From: Escherichia phage vB_EcoM_Lh1B
Sequence record: OK428535.1
Direction: 5' to 3' (one strand)
DNA: 64,000 nucleotides
A program made the position numbers and the translations under genes. Shown one piece after another: positions 46,359-55,801 of the stretch (the stretch's first letter is position 1; each line of letters starts with the position of its first letter). The notes below the pieces were generated by a model. It did not search any database. It worked only from the letters and a program-made list of their open reading frames with translations, and was not told the origin of the DNA.

Positions 46359-46948
46359 CACTCGTAACACGCCCCTGGTATCCAGGTCTTAAAACAGCCG
46401 NACAAATCACCGCCAAAGACGTTTACGAACTGATTCGCGCGGGTGCGGAACACGTTCAAACCAATCCGAACTACGTTGAGCGTCCTATCGGTGAAGTCGA
46501 TGGGGAAGCTGTCGAAGCACCTGTCTACGTTGAGTACGGCGAATGGTTCGCAGAGAACCACGGTTTCTACGACGCGTTAAACGCGGCGTTTGGTGATGAC
46601 GAAGACGAAGGTATCGAATTCGACTGGAACGTTAATCTGGCGCTGATGTGGATTTGTGGTTTACGTCCAGCAATTAACGAAACCGAAGCAGGCTTCGTGC
46701 TGACGTGGCGACAGTCGGCGGGTTACGATAAAGAACTCGACTTCAAACAGGCGTATATGGATGTGTCGATTGCACTGCAGAAACTGTTCTTCGGCGATCG
46801 TGCTTTCTGCCAGCTCAGCTGGTTGACCATCCTGGAAAAACTGGCAACGTGCCACAAACTGTGGCGAGCAGAAGATGCCCCAGAACATCTTTTCGTGCTC
46901 GAATATGCAGTGGTACCGAACCAGCCGTTCTTTGAGGCCGAAGCGTAA
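46355..46948 (+). CDS. hypothetical protein
   Basis: 197-aa ORF, ATGA overlap with the upstream gene. Confidence 0.55.
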   Translation: MTLVTRPWYPGLKTAXQITAKDVYELIRAGAEHVQTNPNYVERPIGEVDGEAVEAPVYVEYGEWFAENHGFYDALNAAFGDDEDEGIEFDWNVNLALMWICGLRPAINETEAGFVLTWRQSAGYDKELDFKQAYMDVSIALQKLFFGDRAFCQLSWLTILEKLATCHKLWRAEDAPEHLFVLEYAVVPNQPFFEAEA

Positions 46949-46953
46949 TTAAC

Positions 46954-46986
46954 GGTCAGACCTTCGGGTCTGACCNCCTTTTATTT
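46954..46986 (+). terminator. rho-independent terminator
   Basis: GGTCAGACC-ttcg-GGTCTGACC hairpin followed by CTTTTATTT. Confidence 0.6.
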
Positions 46987-46999
46987 AATTCTTGGGTGT

Positions 47000-47266
47000 G
47001 TGTTCGTGAAACGTTTAATAAATATTCTCTACTGGATGGAGAAACGCTATAGCCACAACATTCCGATGATGTATAGTTTGTTATTCTCTACGGTAATGTT
47101 GGTGATCGGTGCGATTGTCGCGCATCTGATGGAACTCACGTCTCCATGGGCGCAACTCTTTCTTACCATCTGGATGTTGTTCTCAGGCTACCACATACGT
47201 GGTTTCATAACCCGATTCTTTCGCTGGCGTAGTACCTGGCACGTCTTTAATTCCGACCGTAACTAG
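47000..47266 (+). CDS. small membrane protein (GTG start)
   Basis: 88 aa with two hydrophobic segments; start codon GTG. Confidence 0.45.
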   Translation: MFVKRLINILYWMEKRYSHNIPMMYSLLFSTVMLVIGAIVAHLMELTSPWAQLFLTIWMLFSGYHIRGFITRFFRWRSTWHVFNSDRN

Positions 47267-47326
47267 TTTTTTACAGCAGTAACTAATCATCTGAAAATAC
47301 CATTGACTTTTATAAGGACTATTAAC

Positions 47327-48460
47327 ATGCAATTTCCAATTTCCGTAATCGAAGATATGGCTCGTGTAGTACGTGACCGTGCGTATGTGCTTAGCTACGA
47401 AGGTATTCGTGCATATTCAGAAGCTCTGATTGCACAACACGTCACTGGCACCGGTGTTATCAACCCGGATCTTTACAATGCGCTGGTCGATAACAATGTG
47501 GAGGCTTATCTGCCGCTGCCGCACCTGCGTAATAAGTTGTGCCTTTCTTCTCAAACTCTTCAGTTTGATAACCTGCCGCCACTGAAATATTCGCCAGATG
47601 ACCGTTGGGGAAGTATGCTGGGCGTAGCTTTCCAAAATTGCCACGCGCCTTATAACTGGTCTATTCTCGTTGAAGGTGTTGATGGTGTCTGGTATGCCAT
47701 TGCACATTCTGACGGATTCTTCTTCGAACCAGGTGAGTTGATTAAACCAGTAAGTGCCCCACAAGGTCGTGCTAAGGTTGGGCATTGTTACATTGAATTG
47801 ACTCATGTCCAGTGGACTATCGAAGACTGGCGTGCTGCCTCCGTTATCTTCGGTGACGGTAAACCACACTCAGTTACTTTCGAGCGTTGTGAAGCAGAGC
47901 ATGTTGAAGAGACTGACAATGACGAAGTGGGAGATCGTTACGCGCCGCTGGAAGAGTGTCGTAACATCGNNAACANCNACTGGGTGAAAGTCTTTACGGC
48001 CAACCCCGGTTTCCGTGGCCANACNATCAACCCCGGNGAAGNAACCTGGGAAGGTTTCGTACAACTCGCAGATAAACTCGGTTATGACGTGTGGGATTAT
48101 ACCTACAAACGTCCATACCCGAATGCGTCGGAAGATGAAGACCACGATGAAATCATTCTGGAAAACCTGGCTGATATCGAAAACGTGTTCATCGATGATG
48201 AAATCTTCATCACCCTCGGCATTGAGCGTCCGAAATCAACCGCATATCCGGTATCGGTTGCCAGCGTTATTCAGGAACTGGGCAAGATGCAGGAGCAGAC
48301 CGTCGAAGTGAAAATCGACGAAGAGCAAATGCATATCGTTGCACAGGTACAGAAAACTCTGAACCTGGATAAACTGTACGCGGAAATCCGCAAGCAGCCG
48401 AAAAAGAAACGTACTGCTGCCACAATCAAAGCAATGATGCGTGAAATTATCGGCAAGTAA
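47327..48460 (+). CDS. hypothetical protein
   Basis: ATG at 47327 with AAGGA RBS. Confidence 0.55.
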   Translation: MQFPISVIEDMARVVRDRAYVLSYEGIRAYSEALIAQHVTGTGVINPDLYNALVDNNVEAYLPLPHLRNKLCLSSQTLQFDNLPPLKYSPDDRWGSMLGVAFQNCHAPYNWSILVEGVDGVWYAIAHSDGFFFEPGELIKPVSAPQGRAKVGHCYIELTHVQWTIEDWRAASVIFGDGKPHSVTFERCEAEHVEETDNDEVGDRYAPLEECRNIXNXXWVKVFTANPGFRGXXINPXEXTWEGFVQLADKLGYDVWDYTYKRPYPNASEDEDHDEIILENLADIENVFIDDEIFITLGIERPKSTAYPVSVASVIQELGKMQEQTVEVKIDEEQMHIVAQVQKTLNLDKLYAEIRKQPKKKRTAATIKAMMREIIGK

Positions 48461-48479
48461 TGCGATAAAAAATAAAAGC

Positions 48480-48505
48480 CTACCTACTCCCAAGGGAGTA
48501 GGTAG
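48480..48505. terminator. bidirectional rho-independent terminator
   Basis: CTACCTACTCCC / GGGAGTAGGTAG stem with A-rich and T-rich flanks between convergent genes. Confidence 0.6.
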
Positions 48506-48517
48506 TTCTTTTTTTCT

Positions 48518-49141
48518 TTAATTTGTTAACCCGTTATCTTTCAGGATTTTCAACATCGCATCATTCAACGCCTGCAGTTCTTGATTCTGCTTAGTGAGTG
48601 TTGCAACTTGTTCTGTCAGAGGAACCTGCTCACGGATTTTGGCTTTACGCACCGCTTCCATTTGCAAGTGTTCTTCTTCCGTCACCGTCCCTTCGTAATC
48701 CATCGATGTGATGTCCACACGTGCATCGATTCCTAAACCGCGTTCTAAGATGCTTTTCAGGTCGTTCGTTAGCAGTGTGACATCGACGTATTCGGGTATT
48801 AATGCCAGGTCAATAACCACCACATTGCGTCTATAATTTAACCCGTTCAGTCCAGGATACGTCTCAATGTACGTATCAGGCAACTCGTAGACTTGACCGT
48901 CCCTCGACTTTAATGTTACAATCGAGGCTTCGACATTAGCGTCGCTGATATAGTCGTCACGAGTTAGGCCGACAGGTTTATAATACTTGTTATAAACGTC
49001 AATATTATTACGTTGGAGTTTCGGAAAGTTCTGTACCGCGTCAACACGGTAAATCACTTTATCTGGCAACGTATAAGGTGCCTTAACCTTGAACAACCCC
49101 TCAAGGTTAACCTGAGGCGTGTTAGGCAACAGTTGTGCCAT
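48518..49141 (-). CDS. hypothetical protein (possibly structural)
   Basis: 207-aa ORF downstream of the 459-aa ORF. Confidence 0.55.
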   Translation of the reverse strand: MAQLLPNTPQVNLEGLFKVKAPYTLPDKVIYRVDAVQNFPKLQRNNIDVYNKYYKPVGLTRDDYISDANVEASIVTLKSRDGQVYELPDTYIETYPGLNGLNYRRNVVVIDLALIPEYVDVTLLTNDLKSILERGLGIDARVDITSMDYEGTVTEEEHLQMEAVRKAKIREQVPLTEQVATLTKQNQELQALNDAMLKILKDNGLTN

Positions 49142-49151
49142 TTAACCCTCC

Positions 49152-50531
49152 TTAGGCTTCTGGCTCTGCCNCAGGGACATCCCAAACAGCTTTGCGGGCC
49201 AAGACACGATACTCCACGTTATCGAATTCGAAGACGTAGAAGTAAACGTTAGGATCGACGTCGTCTACGAGCTTCACGATATCCAGCGGGGTGGAATGTG
49301 GGTGATACTCTTCCGCTGCGATTAACGCCTGGAAGAACAAGTCCAGCCACTCGGTGGTTTTCTTCGACATTCTCGCAATATCTGCATTGTTAGTGCCGAT
49401 TAATGCGTAGTCGGGAATCGTATCATGCAGGGTCGTTTTGCGTGAATCGTTTTCAGGGCCCGCGATAACTACAGCGTTTAGTGATTTATAGATGGACGGT
49501 AAATCCGTTACATCGGTAGTTGGAGTTGAGATTGCTCCACTATTTTTTTCCGTAATGGTTTGAACAGTCCACTCCCCAAATCGGGAGATTGCTTTGACCC
49601 AGAAATCATATGGGAGAATCGGCGAGTATAATGCCGCAACGTCTTCCTCATTTGGAANCCCACNAATTGACCAACCGGGAACAATTGTGAANTTGGNGGT
49701 CGTAAANATTTCTGGGAACACCTTGACACCCAACGCCACAGNAAAACTGGNGTTTNCCAAAATGTAATCACNNAACNCTTGTTTAATCCTGNTCGGGTTA
49801 CGACCCGCGCGTCCGTAGATGATAGCCGACATCGGTATCGGTAAGGTGGAATCAAAGTCTTCCTGGTCGTGCCAAGTATAGATGTTAGTAATCAGGCTAG
49901 TGTACGGATAACCGTCAGCTAATTCGTTAATCTTATTATGGTGATCCGGAAGGTTGAACCCTTCCATTGCCTTTTCGACTACAGATTTCACAGCCAAGAA
50001 AGTATCAACCGGTAATATCGGCATTTGGACTTCAATTTCAAATCCGGTATAGTCCTGATTGAAATCTTCATCAGCAAACCAGAGAATAATCTGGTTATTC
50101 ACATCAGATGGGTCTTCGACTTTATCTGCTGTGGTTTCAAGTTTCCAACTGACCCAACGTGGGAACCAGTTACTGTTAGTCTGAATCATCGCGCCAGACT
50201 GAACACCGCTGATGACACTATTAAATTGCCCCAACAGCAAACGCTGGAATTCAACTTCGTCGTTTCTTAAGTTGCCCAGGATAGACTGTTGGTAGATCCA
50301 TTGGGAAACAGTAAGAACGTGGTCGCTAAAGACGGCCGGGGTCTTAATAGGCAACTCGTCACGTTTAGAAGTAAAAGCAACCAGTTCCACCTGCAGATTT
50401 TCTTTAGTAAAATACTGCTTGCTTTTAGCGAACGAATATGACAGCTCAGACAACTCACCTACCGGAGCGGTGTTGCCAGGGCCATTATCAATCAGAGCCG
50501 CTATTTGAATAAAGCCTTGTAAATCATACAT
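49152..50531 (-). CDS. hypothetical protein (possibly structural)
   Basis: 459-aa ORF; contains n-run. Confidence 0.6.
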   Translation of the reverse strand: MYDLQGFIQIAALIDNGPGNTAPVGELSELSYSFAKSKQYFTKENLQVELVAFTSKRDELPIKTPAVFSDHVLTVSQWIYQQSILGNLRNDEVEFQRLLLGQFNSVISGVQSGAMIQTNSNWFPRWVSWKLETTADKVEDPSDVNNQIILWFADEDFNQDYTGFEIEVQMPILPVDTFLAVKSVVEKAMEGFNLPDHHNKINELADGYPYTSLITNIYTWHDQEDFDSTLPIPMSAIIYGRAGRNPXRIKQXXXDYILXNXSFXVALGVKVFPEXFTTXXFTIVPGWSIXGXPNEEDVAALYSPILPYDFWVKAISRFGEWTVQTITEKNSGAISTPTTDVTDLPSIYKSLNAVVIAGPENDSRKTTLHDTIPDYALIGTNNADIARMSKKTTEWLDLFFQALIAAEEYHPHSTPLDIVKLVDDVDPNVYFYVFEFDNVEYRVLARKAVWDVPXAEPEA

Positions 50532-50549
50532 AATTAAAAACTCTCCGAG

Positions 50550-51065
50550 GTGAGCATGATAGCATCAGTTTTCAAACTGCTTCCATTCTTACAAATGCTG
50601 TGGGAAGCATTTAAACCGGGCGAGGGGGAGAAAGTAACACGAGCCGGGAAAATAGTGACACTAGTGATAGTGGCACTGATCGCGTTCTCTGCATTTGTCT
50701 CATACGCCTACATTGTTCAATACCACACACTGGTTAGCGTTCAATCGCGTACTCAGTATCTGGAGATATCCTATAAGGAGCTAAAAGAGAAGTCCGATCA
50801 TGGCGAAGTGGAGAACAATAAGTTGTACGATCGTCTCTTCACGTGCCTGGGTTCTCGACCGCCATATGATGGTACCAAATCTCCAACAGGAACAGGCACT
50901 GAGGCCGCGGTTCCGCCTGTANAAANCAANCCNGTAANNCCNCCGGCNCCGTTNAATCCNTCTANCCCNCCNNCCAAGAAATACCNGGCCNCTTCTCNCC
51001 CGGTAGGGTCGCAGGAGGCAAATGATTTCCGACAGGAGATTATCAGTACGCTTAATAATCCATGA
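50550..51065 (+). CDS. membrane protein with periplasmic coiled coil (i-spanin candidate)
   Basis: TM segment IVTLVIVALIAFSAFVSYAYIV followed by charged helical region (ISYKELKEKSDHGEVENNKLYDRL); n-rich C-terminus. Confidence 0.4.
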   Translation: MSMIASVFKLLPFLQMLWEAFKPGEGEKVTRAGKIVTLVIVALIAFSAFVSYAYIVQYHTLVSVQSRTQYLEISYKELKEKSDHGEVENNKLYDRLFTCLGSRPPYDGTKSPTGTGTEAAVPPVXXXXVXXPXPXNXSXXXXKKYXAXSXPVGSQEANDFRQEIISTLNNP

Positions 51066-51074
51066 GGAGCATAC

Positions 51075-51554
51075 ATGAAGTTATTTTTGGTGGCGATACT
51101 GGTGCTATTGTTGACAGGATGCCCTGGAGCCATCCGTCACGTAGACCCAGATTACTCCTCAACCGGAGATTGGCCTTTTCGTCCTTTAGAACACCCACCA
51201 GTTTATGCTGGTGGGAACAGTCCTGAGGCGAAAAAGCTGGCAGGGAAAATGTTTGTTGCGGATGTGAACGCTTATGCTTATTACGTTTATCTGTACGCTA
51301 AGTCGTTGAACAATTACGCAGAAGCTAAGGGGTGGCGCACCCCGATGGCCGCACCGCTTTGTGAAGAGTTTATTCGCCCCACTCTTCATGATATACCCTC
51401 CGGGATATATCTCGACCCTGGTTCTCGTAGCCCTCAAGACATTAGTCGTGATTTGTCACGACAGATTAAGTCNCTCATTCGCAGCTATCGCGAAGACAGA
51501 GAGTCTTTTAATCATGCCTACGAACGGCACAAAAGTAGTTGCCTTGTGCAATGA
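51075..51554 (+). CDS. lipoprotein (o-spanin candidate)
   Basis: MKLFLVAILVLLLTGC lipobox immediately downstream of the membrane protein. Confidence 0.55.
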   Translation: MKLFLVAILVLLLTGCPGAIRHVDPDYSSTGDWPFRPLEHPPVYAGGNSPEAKKLAGKMFVADVNAYAYYVYLYAKSLNNYAEAKGWRTPMAAPLCEEFIRPTLHDIPSGIYLDPGSRSPQDISRDLSRQIKXLIRSYREDRESFNHAYERHKSSCLVQ

Positions 51555-51560
51555 AAACTC

Positions 51561-51597
51561 CCTCTTACCTTCGGGTAAGAGGGGATTTCCTTTTTTA
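51561..51597 (+). terminator. rho-independent terminator
   Basis: CCTCTTACC-ttcg-GGTAAGAGG hairpin followed by a T-run. Confidence 0.6.
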
Positions 51598-51614
51598 NNT
51601 TAATANTCAATANT

Positions 51615-51629
51615 GTGATATATAATCTC
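51615..51629 (+). promoter_or_regulatory. recurring intergenic motif (candidate promoter element)
   Basis: GTGATATATAATCTC upstream of the exonuclease gene. Confidence 0.25.
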
Positions 51630-51642
51630 NTGGNGAGTTGAA

Positions 51643-52362
51643 ATGACATATCCTAAAATTCTGCCTGTTTTAACGCCCACCGTTGTTGTTGGGACGGACT
51701 TAGAGACCCTGGCTTTACGTCCAGATGCCTACATCTTAACGTTGGCAAACGTGGCATTCGATGTTCCGACAATGAAAATGATCGGTTCATGTTACCACAA
51801 AATCGACCCCAATGATGCAAAAGCAAAAGAAATCTTCTACATCGATCCACAAACGGTCGGTTATTGGGAAGGTAAAGGCGACCCCGAATACGCACCGAGC
51901 GAGAAAGCACGTATTGAAGCGTTTTCTGGGACCACTCCACTGCCAGAAGCACTGTGGGCGGCCAAAAAATGGTTGGATGATCTGGGCAACGTGAAAATGG
52001 TTATCACCATGCGCGGTCCCGATTTCGATGCTCCAATTCTGATGAACGCATTCGCGCAGTGCGATATCCCGCCGGGCAAGTACCGCAAGTTTTCTATATT
52101 GGACTCTGACCGGACTGCAGAACGTATTGCATATGCGTTTGGCCTGGAACCGAACTGGCACGCAGAAGCGCACCATTGGACCCGTGGCAAAGAAGCGTAC
52201 GAGCATAACGCTAGCTTCGATGCTGCGAAGGAAGCGTATTCTACGGCACGCATCTATCATTTGGCCCTGGTCGCGCGTACGTACGGCTTCGAACGCATGT
52301 TAGAAGCCCACCGCGAAATGTGCACAGGTGAATACATTCCACCGCAGTTGCGAGGAGAATAA
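51643..52362 (+). CDS. DEDD-family (DnaQ-like) 3'-5' exonuclease
   Basis: Exo I motif VVGTDLETLALRP (DxE) near the N-terminus; Exo III-like H..S.DA (HNASFDA) near the C-terminus. Confidence 0.5.
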   Translation: MTYPKILPVLTPTVVVGTDLETLALRPDAYILTLANVAFDVPTMKMIGSCYHKIDPNDAKAKEIFYIDPQTVGYWEGKGDPEYAPSEKARIEAFSGTTPLPEALWAAKKWLDDLGNVKMVITMRGPDFDAPILMNAFAQCDIPPGKYRKFSILDSDRTAERIAYAFGLEPNWHAEAHHWTRGKEAYEHNASFDAAKEAYSTARIYHLALVARTYGFERMLEAHREMCTGEYIPPQLRGE

Positions 52363-53876
52363 TGAAAGACGTCGACGTAGCGGTTATTTATACCGATGGT
52401 AGTCATACTGAGTCCCCGAAAGGTTCGGGGGCTGGTATTCATGGTTATTTATTCAACAACGGAGATTTGGAAGACAGTCAGGCTTATAGCCATCCGGGTG
52501 TTTCANAANGGATTACCACTGTTGGATANAAAAAAGNGCCGCAGGNTGNGAAGTGTCCGGNGTTGCCGGACACCGTTNAATTTNTNGACGCCGTTNTTCC
52601 CGTTCCNAAANAGTTNTNCNCAGATGTGGGNGNGTTAATCNCCTTCATCACGTTNTTTGAGAACGCGCCCTTCCGCGCGAAGAACTATATCATCTACGTG
52701 GATGCCAGTTACGTTGTAAACACTTTTAACGAGTGGATAGACGGCTGGCATAAACGTGGTTGGGTTCGTGCTGACGGTACTCCGCTGGCGAACAAAGAAC
52801 TTATTGTTCGTATCTGGGAAATCAAACAGCAGATGAAAAAAGAAGGACGGGGTGTTAAGGTTATCAAAATCAAAGGACACTCCGGCCACTACGGTAACGA
52901 CCGGGCGGACGAATTGGCTAGAAAAGGTTCAGCCATCACAGCGACCAACGACGGCGTTCCATATCAGCCGTACTGGTCGAAGGATGAGTTGCCTGCATCC
53001 GCGGAACCCGAGCCCATCGCCGCTGGGATGAACCTTGCGGCATATCCGCCTATTTGTACGGTTAAATATTGCTATCCGTTGGTGAACGAGGACCATCCTA
53101 CTGTAAAAGTGAAAGATGAAACTTTCTATTACATGTTTGGTGGCAACCATGCAAAGAACAAGGACGACTTGGTGTTTATTGGGAAAATGATTCCTGATGC
53201 ACACTTTTCCGTAATGTTCACTAAACAACCGTGGGATAACATCTACACGATTGTAAATACCCACGCCGCCCTGGCATGGAAAGATACACCGAAGATGCGG
53301 CAGTATGATCCAATCGGTGTTGTTAACAATGAGTTCGTTAAACGTAAGAAGTTCGTTGATGTGGCAGGTGATGGATTACCGGCAGACAAGATGCATTTCA
53401 GTGGAGAAGATTCCAATGTCTGGTTCTTTGAAGACCTGGCCATCTCCAGAATGCTTCGCCCGCCCTTATTGTCGTACCGTGCGCTGGATATTCGTGATGA
53501 ACTCGCTACAACGTTGCGAGATGTTCTGCATCAGGAAAAGGGTTACGTCTTAAACGACATTACCGACTTGCTATTCGACGACAAAGGTAAACCTGTCAAG
53601 GAATACTACCGTAGCGTCGATAAGTCAATAACGTTAAAGATTGACTTTCCGATGGGTAAACGACCTGTCTCGGTTATTTTGACTCGCGGTATCGATATTC
53701 CATCACGTACGGAAATCAACCGTATTAAAGAACCCGAAGGCCGTTATTACATCGCGGTGTGTCGTCCTGAAAAATACTACATCCGTTACTTCTTAATCTA
53801 TATCGGTAAAGAGTATCATGGGTTGTGGTGTGCGTATTACGCAAACCGTCGCATACTGCGAGAAGAAGAGGTGTAA
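52362..53876 (+). CDS. RNase H-domain protein with about 300-aa C-terminal extension
   Basis: IYTDGS ... NEWIDGWHKRGW ... KGHSGHYGNDRADELARKG match the RNase HI catalytic signature; ATGA overlap with the exonuclease stop; n-run inside the domain. Confidence 0.6.
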   Translation: MKDVDVAVIYTDGSHTESPKGSGAGIHGYLFNNGDLEDSQAYSHPGVSXXITTVGXKKXPQXXKCPXLPDTVXFXDAVXPVXKXXXXDVXXLIXFITXFENAPFRAKNYIIYVDASYVVNTFNEWIDGWHKRGWVRADGTPLANKELIVRIWEIKQQMKKEGRGVKVIKIKGHSGHYGNDRADELARKGSAITATNDGVPYQPYWSKDELPASAEPEPIAAGMNLAAYPPICTVKYCYPLVNEDHPTVKVKDETFYYMFGGNHAKNKDDLVFIGKMIPDAHFSVMFTKQPWDNIYTIVNTHAALAWKDTPKMRQYDPIGVVNNEFVKRKKFVDVAGDGLPADKMHFSGEDSNVWFFEDLAISRMLRPPLLSYRALDIRDELATTLRDVLHQEKGYVLNDITDLLFDDKGKPVKEYYRSVDKSITLKIDFPMGKRPVSVILTRGIDIPSRTEINRIKEPEGRYYIAVCRPEKYYIRYFLIYIGKEYHGLWCAYYANRRILREEEV

Positions 53877-53877
53877 C

Positions 53878-54618
53878 ATGTTGCGAGTCGTGAGTGAATC
53901 GCTCACGCTCCACACACAAAGTCTGATTAACTGTGTGGAGCAATACGGATGGATGTCGTGGATGGCAACGAACCGTGAGTTTGGTGCTGCGCCCATGGAA
54001 GATTACGACGTGTTGTACAAGTGGGGATTTGAAGCGGCTTGTGATGTTGTGGCAGAGCTGGTTACCGAAACAATTGCGCGTTACAACGCAAGATGTGATG
54101 AACCGATGCCTAAACAAGTCCCGCCGCAAATACCTCCGCTACCGACAATCGATCGTGAGCATTGTCGAATCTGGACAATGGAAGAGTTGTACGACGAACA
54201 CGTTAGAATGCTGAAACCGAACGAGCTAATAACCGGTGCGTTGAACTGGTTCTTACATCGTTTCTGGACAGAGTTGGTCGATGTGGCGGGTGACGAAGAT
54301 AATTGTTCTCAGGTTATTTGGTACGATCGAGCGATGTTTCATCGCAGTCTTAAAGATCGTAGTCTCTGCAACCTGTATATTGTTGACCCGTGTGAAGACA
54401 TTGTAAAGGTTGCAGAAGGTAACTCTTATTCCGACTTGGTGATGCCCGTGGTAGAAAAACCGATGGGTATTTTCCTGCAGGGNGACGNTTGGGTTTTAAC
54501 GGATGATATCTCGGGCTACCTGCTGGACCCGGATGACATTCACTCGGACGAACCTGATACCATCGAGTATTTTCACTTTACAGAACAGGCAGCACGCTTC
54601 TTGCATCTCTTAAAGTAA
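53878..54618 (+). CDS. hypothetical protein
   Basis: ATG at 53878; N-terminus MLRVVSESL is paralogous to that of CDS 55802-56209. Confidence 0.5.
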   Translation: MLRVVSESLTLHTQSLINCVEQYGWMSWMATNREFGAAPMEDYDVLYKWGFEAACDVVAELVTETIARYNARCDEPMPKQVPPQIPPLPTIDREHCRIWTMEELYDEHVRMLKPNELITGALNWFLHRFWTELVDVAGDEDNCSQVIWYDRAMFHRSLKDRSLCNLYIVDPCEDIVKVAEGNSYSDLVMPVVEKPMGIFLQXDXWVLTDDISGYLLDPDDIHSDEPDTIEYFHFTEQAARFLHLLK

Positions 54619-54619
54619 T

Positions 54620-54640
54620 CTGAGATAGATATTATCTACA
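54620..54640 (+). promoter_or_regulatory. recurring intergenic motif (candidate promoter element)
   Basis: CTGAGATAGATATTATCTACA, preceded by TTGCAT at 54601. Confidence 0.3.
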
Positions 54641-54671
54641 GGGACGTAACCTTAAGGAGAATTTATTCACG

Positions 54672-55406
54672 ATGCTTAAAGTCGAAGTGCCAGTGCTTTT
54701 AAACCTCACGCCCCAGTTCTTTGAAGCGTTGTTCGAAAAGCATTGGCCCGCGTTCGCGAAGAACGAACTAAAGGATAACCCACAGTGGTATCCACTGCGC
54801 GATGAATTCAAGTACACAGCCATCAACGTCTGTATAGAAGTCTTCACTGCGTGGTTACAAGAGATGTACGACTGCATCAACACCGAACGGTTGTTCACGC
54901 TAGAACATGTAGAGATTAATGTTGTTGACGTCTACGAAGGTTACACCTACGAAGAAGGCATTACTGCCACGGGGTTAAGCCAACAAGACGTTGAAGAACA
55001 AATCTTTGCGTGGATCGAGTGGTTCACGGAAAAGTTGATGCTGGCTGATTTTGTCACGCAGGTGGAAGATGTATTCATCCCAATGTACGAGCGGTTAGCT
55101 GAGATACGTCGTAACCATCGTCTGCTCGGTTACTGGTATGACACTTATACCACCTCCTCAACATTGTGGTCTTCCGCTACTGCCGCATTTGGCATAACTG
55201 AAGGCGATTACGATGTCATTCATTCCGGCCCTTGGCAGTATGGTTTCGGCACCCTGTGGCACGAGCTGACCGATGCCATGTGCCTGGACTTTTATCTGTG
55301 TGGAGGTAAGTTTTACACGGATAACTGCGTGAGCCAAATTCCGAATGGTGCGATGGTGGTGATGTGTCGCATCCGTAAAGAAGTCGCTGAGAAACTAAAC
55401 TACTGA
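54672..55406 (+). CDS. hypothetical protein
   Basis: 244-aa ORF with AAGGAG RBS. Confidence 0.55.
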   Translation: MLKVEVPVLLNLTPQFFEALFEKHWPAFAKNELKDNPQWYPLRDEFKYTAINVCIEVFTAWLQEMYDCINTERLFTLEHVEINVVDVYEGYTYEEGITATGLSQQDVEEQIFAWIEWFTEKLMLADFVTQVEDVFIPMYERLAEIRRNHRLLGYWYDTYTTSSTLWSSATAAFGITEGDYDVIHSGPWQYGFGTLWHELTDAMCLDFYLCGGKFYTDNCVSQIPNGAMVVMCRIRKEVAEKLNY

Positions 55407-55419
55407 AGGAGTATTTAAA

Positions 55420-55791
55420 ATGACGCAAGACGAATTTGAAACGATGGTAAAACAGTATTACAAAGAAGGGACTATTCTGTACATAGTCGCACCCGAGAGC
55501 GAAAACTGGTTGACGTTATCGTCGCGGGTAACCACCCTACGCGGCCCAGTTTCTCAAGAAATAAGACAGATGGCTCGTATAGTTCGAGATACCGCCATCC
55601 AGGGCGGTAAAGTCGTCAGCTTCTCCCACCTCTCTCCGATCGGCCACTCTAACTTAGAAACCGAAGTTGATGTCGTTGCTACTGTTGGTTTTGATTTAGA
55701 TGGCTCTCCAGGCTCGAACCTTGTCGTGATTAAGAAATGGCGTGGATACGATGCAATCCCATCGCCAGGGGTGTGGCCGGCAACCAACTAG
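55420..55791 (+). CDS. hypothetical protein
   Basis: 123-aa ORF with AAGGAG RBS. Confidence 0.5.
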   Translation: MTQDEFETMVKQYYKEGTILYIVAPESENWLTLSSRVTTLRGPVSQEIRQMARIVRDTAIQGGKVVSFSHLSPIGHSNLETEVDVVATVGFDLDGSPGSNLVVIKKWRGYDAIPSPGVWPATN

Positions 55792-55801
55792 AGGGGTCGC
55801 T

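Noticed and set aside
1860-52650. Clusters of ambiguous bases (n-runs) as a possible biological signal such as modified DNA
   Set aside because: Cannot be distinguished from low-quality base calls using sequence alone; treated as data-quality issues that only lower confidence in local frames.
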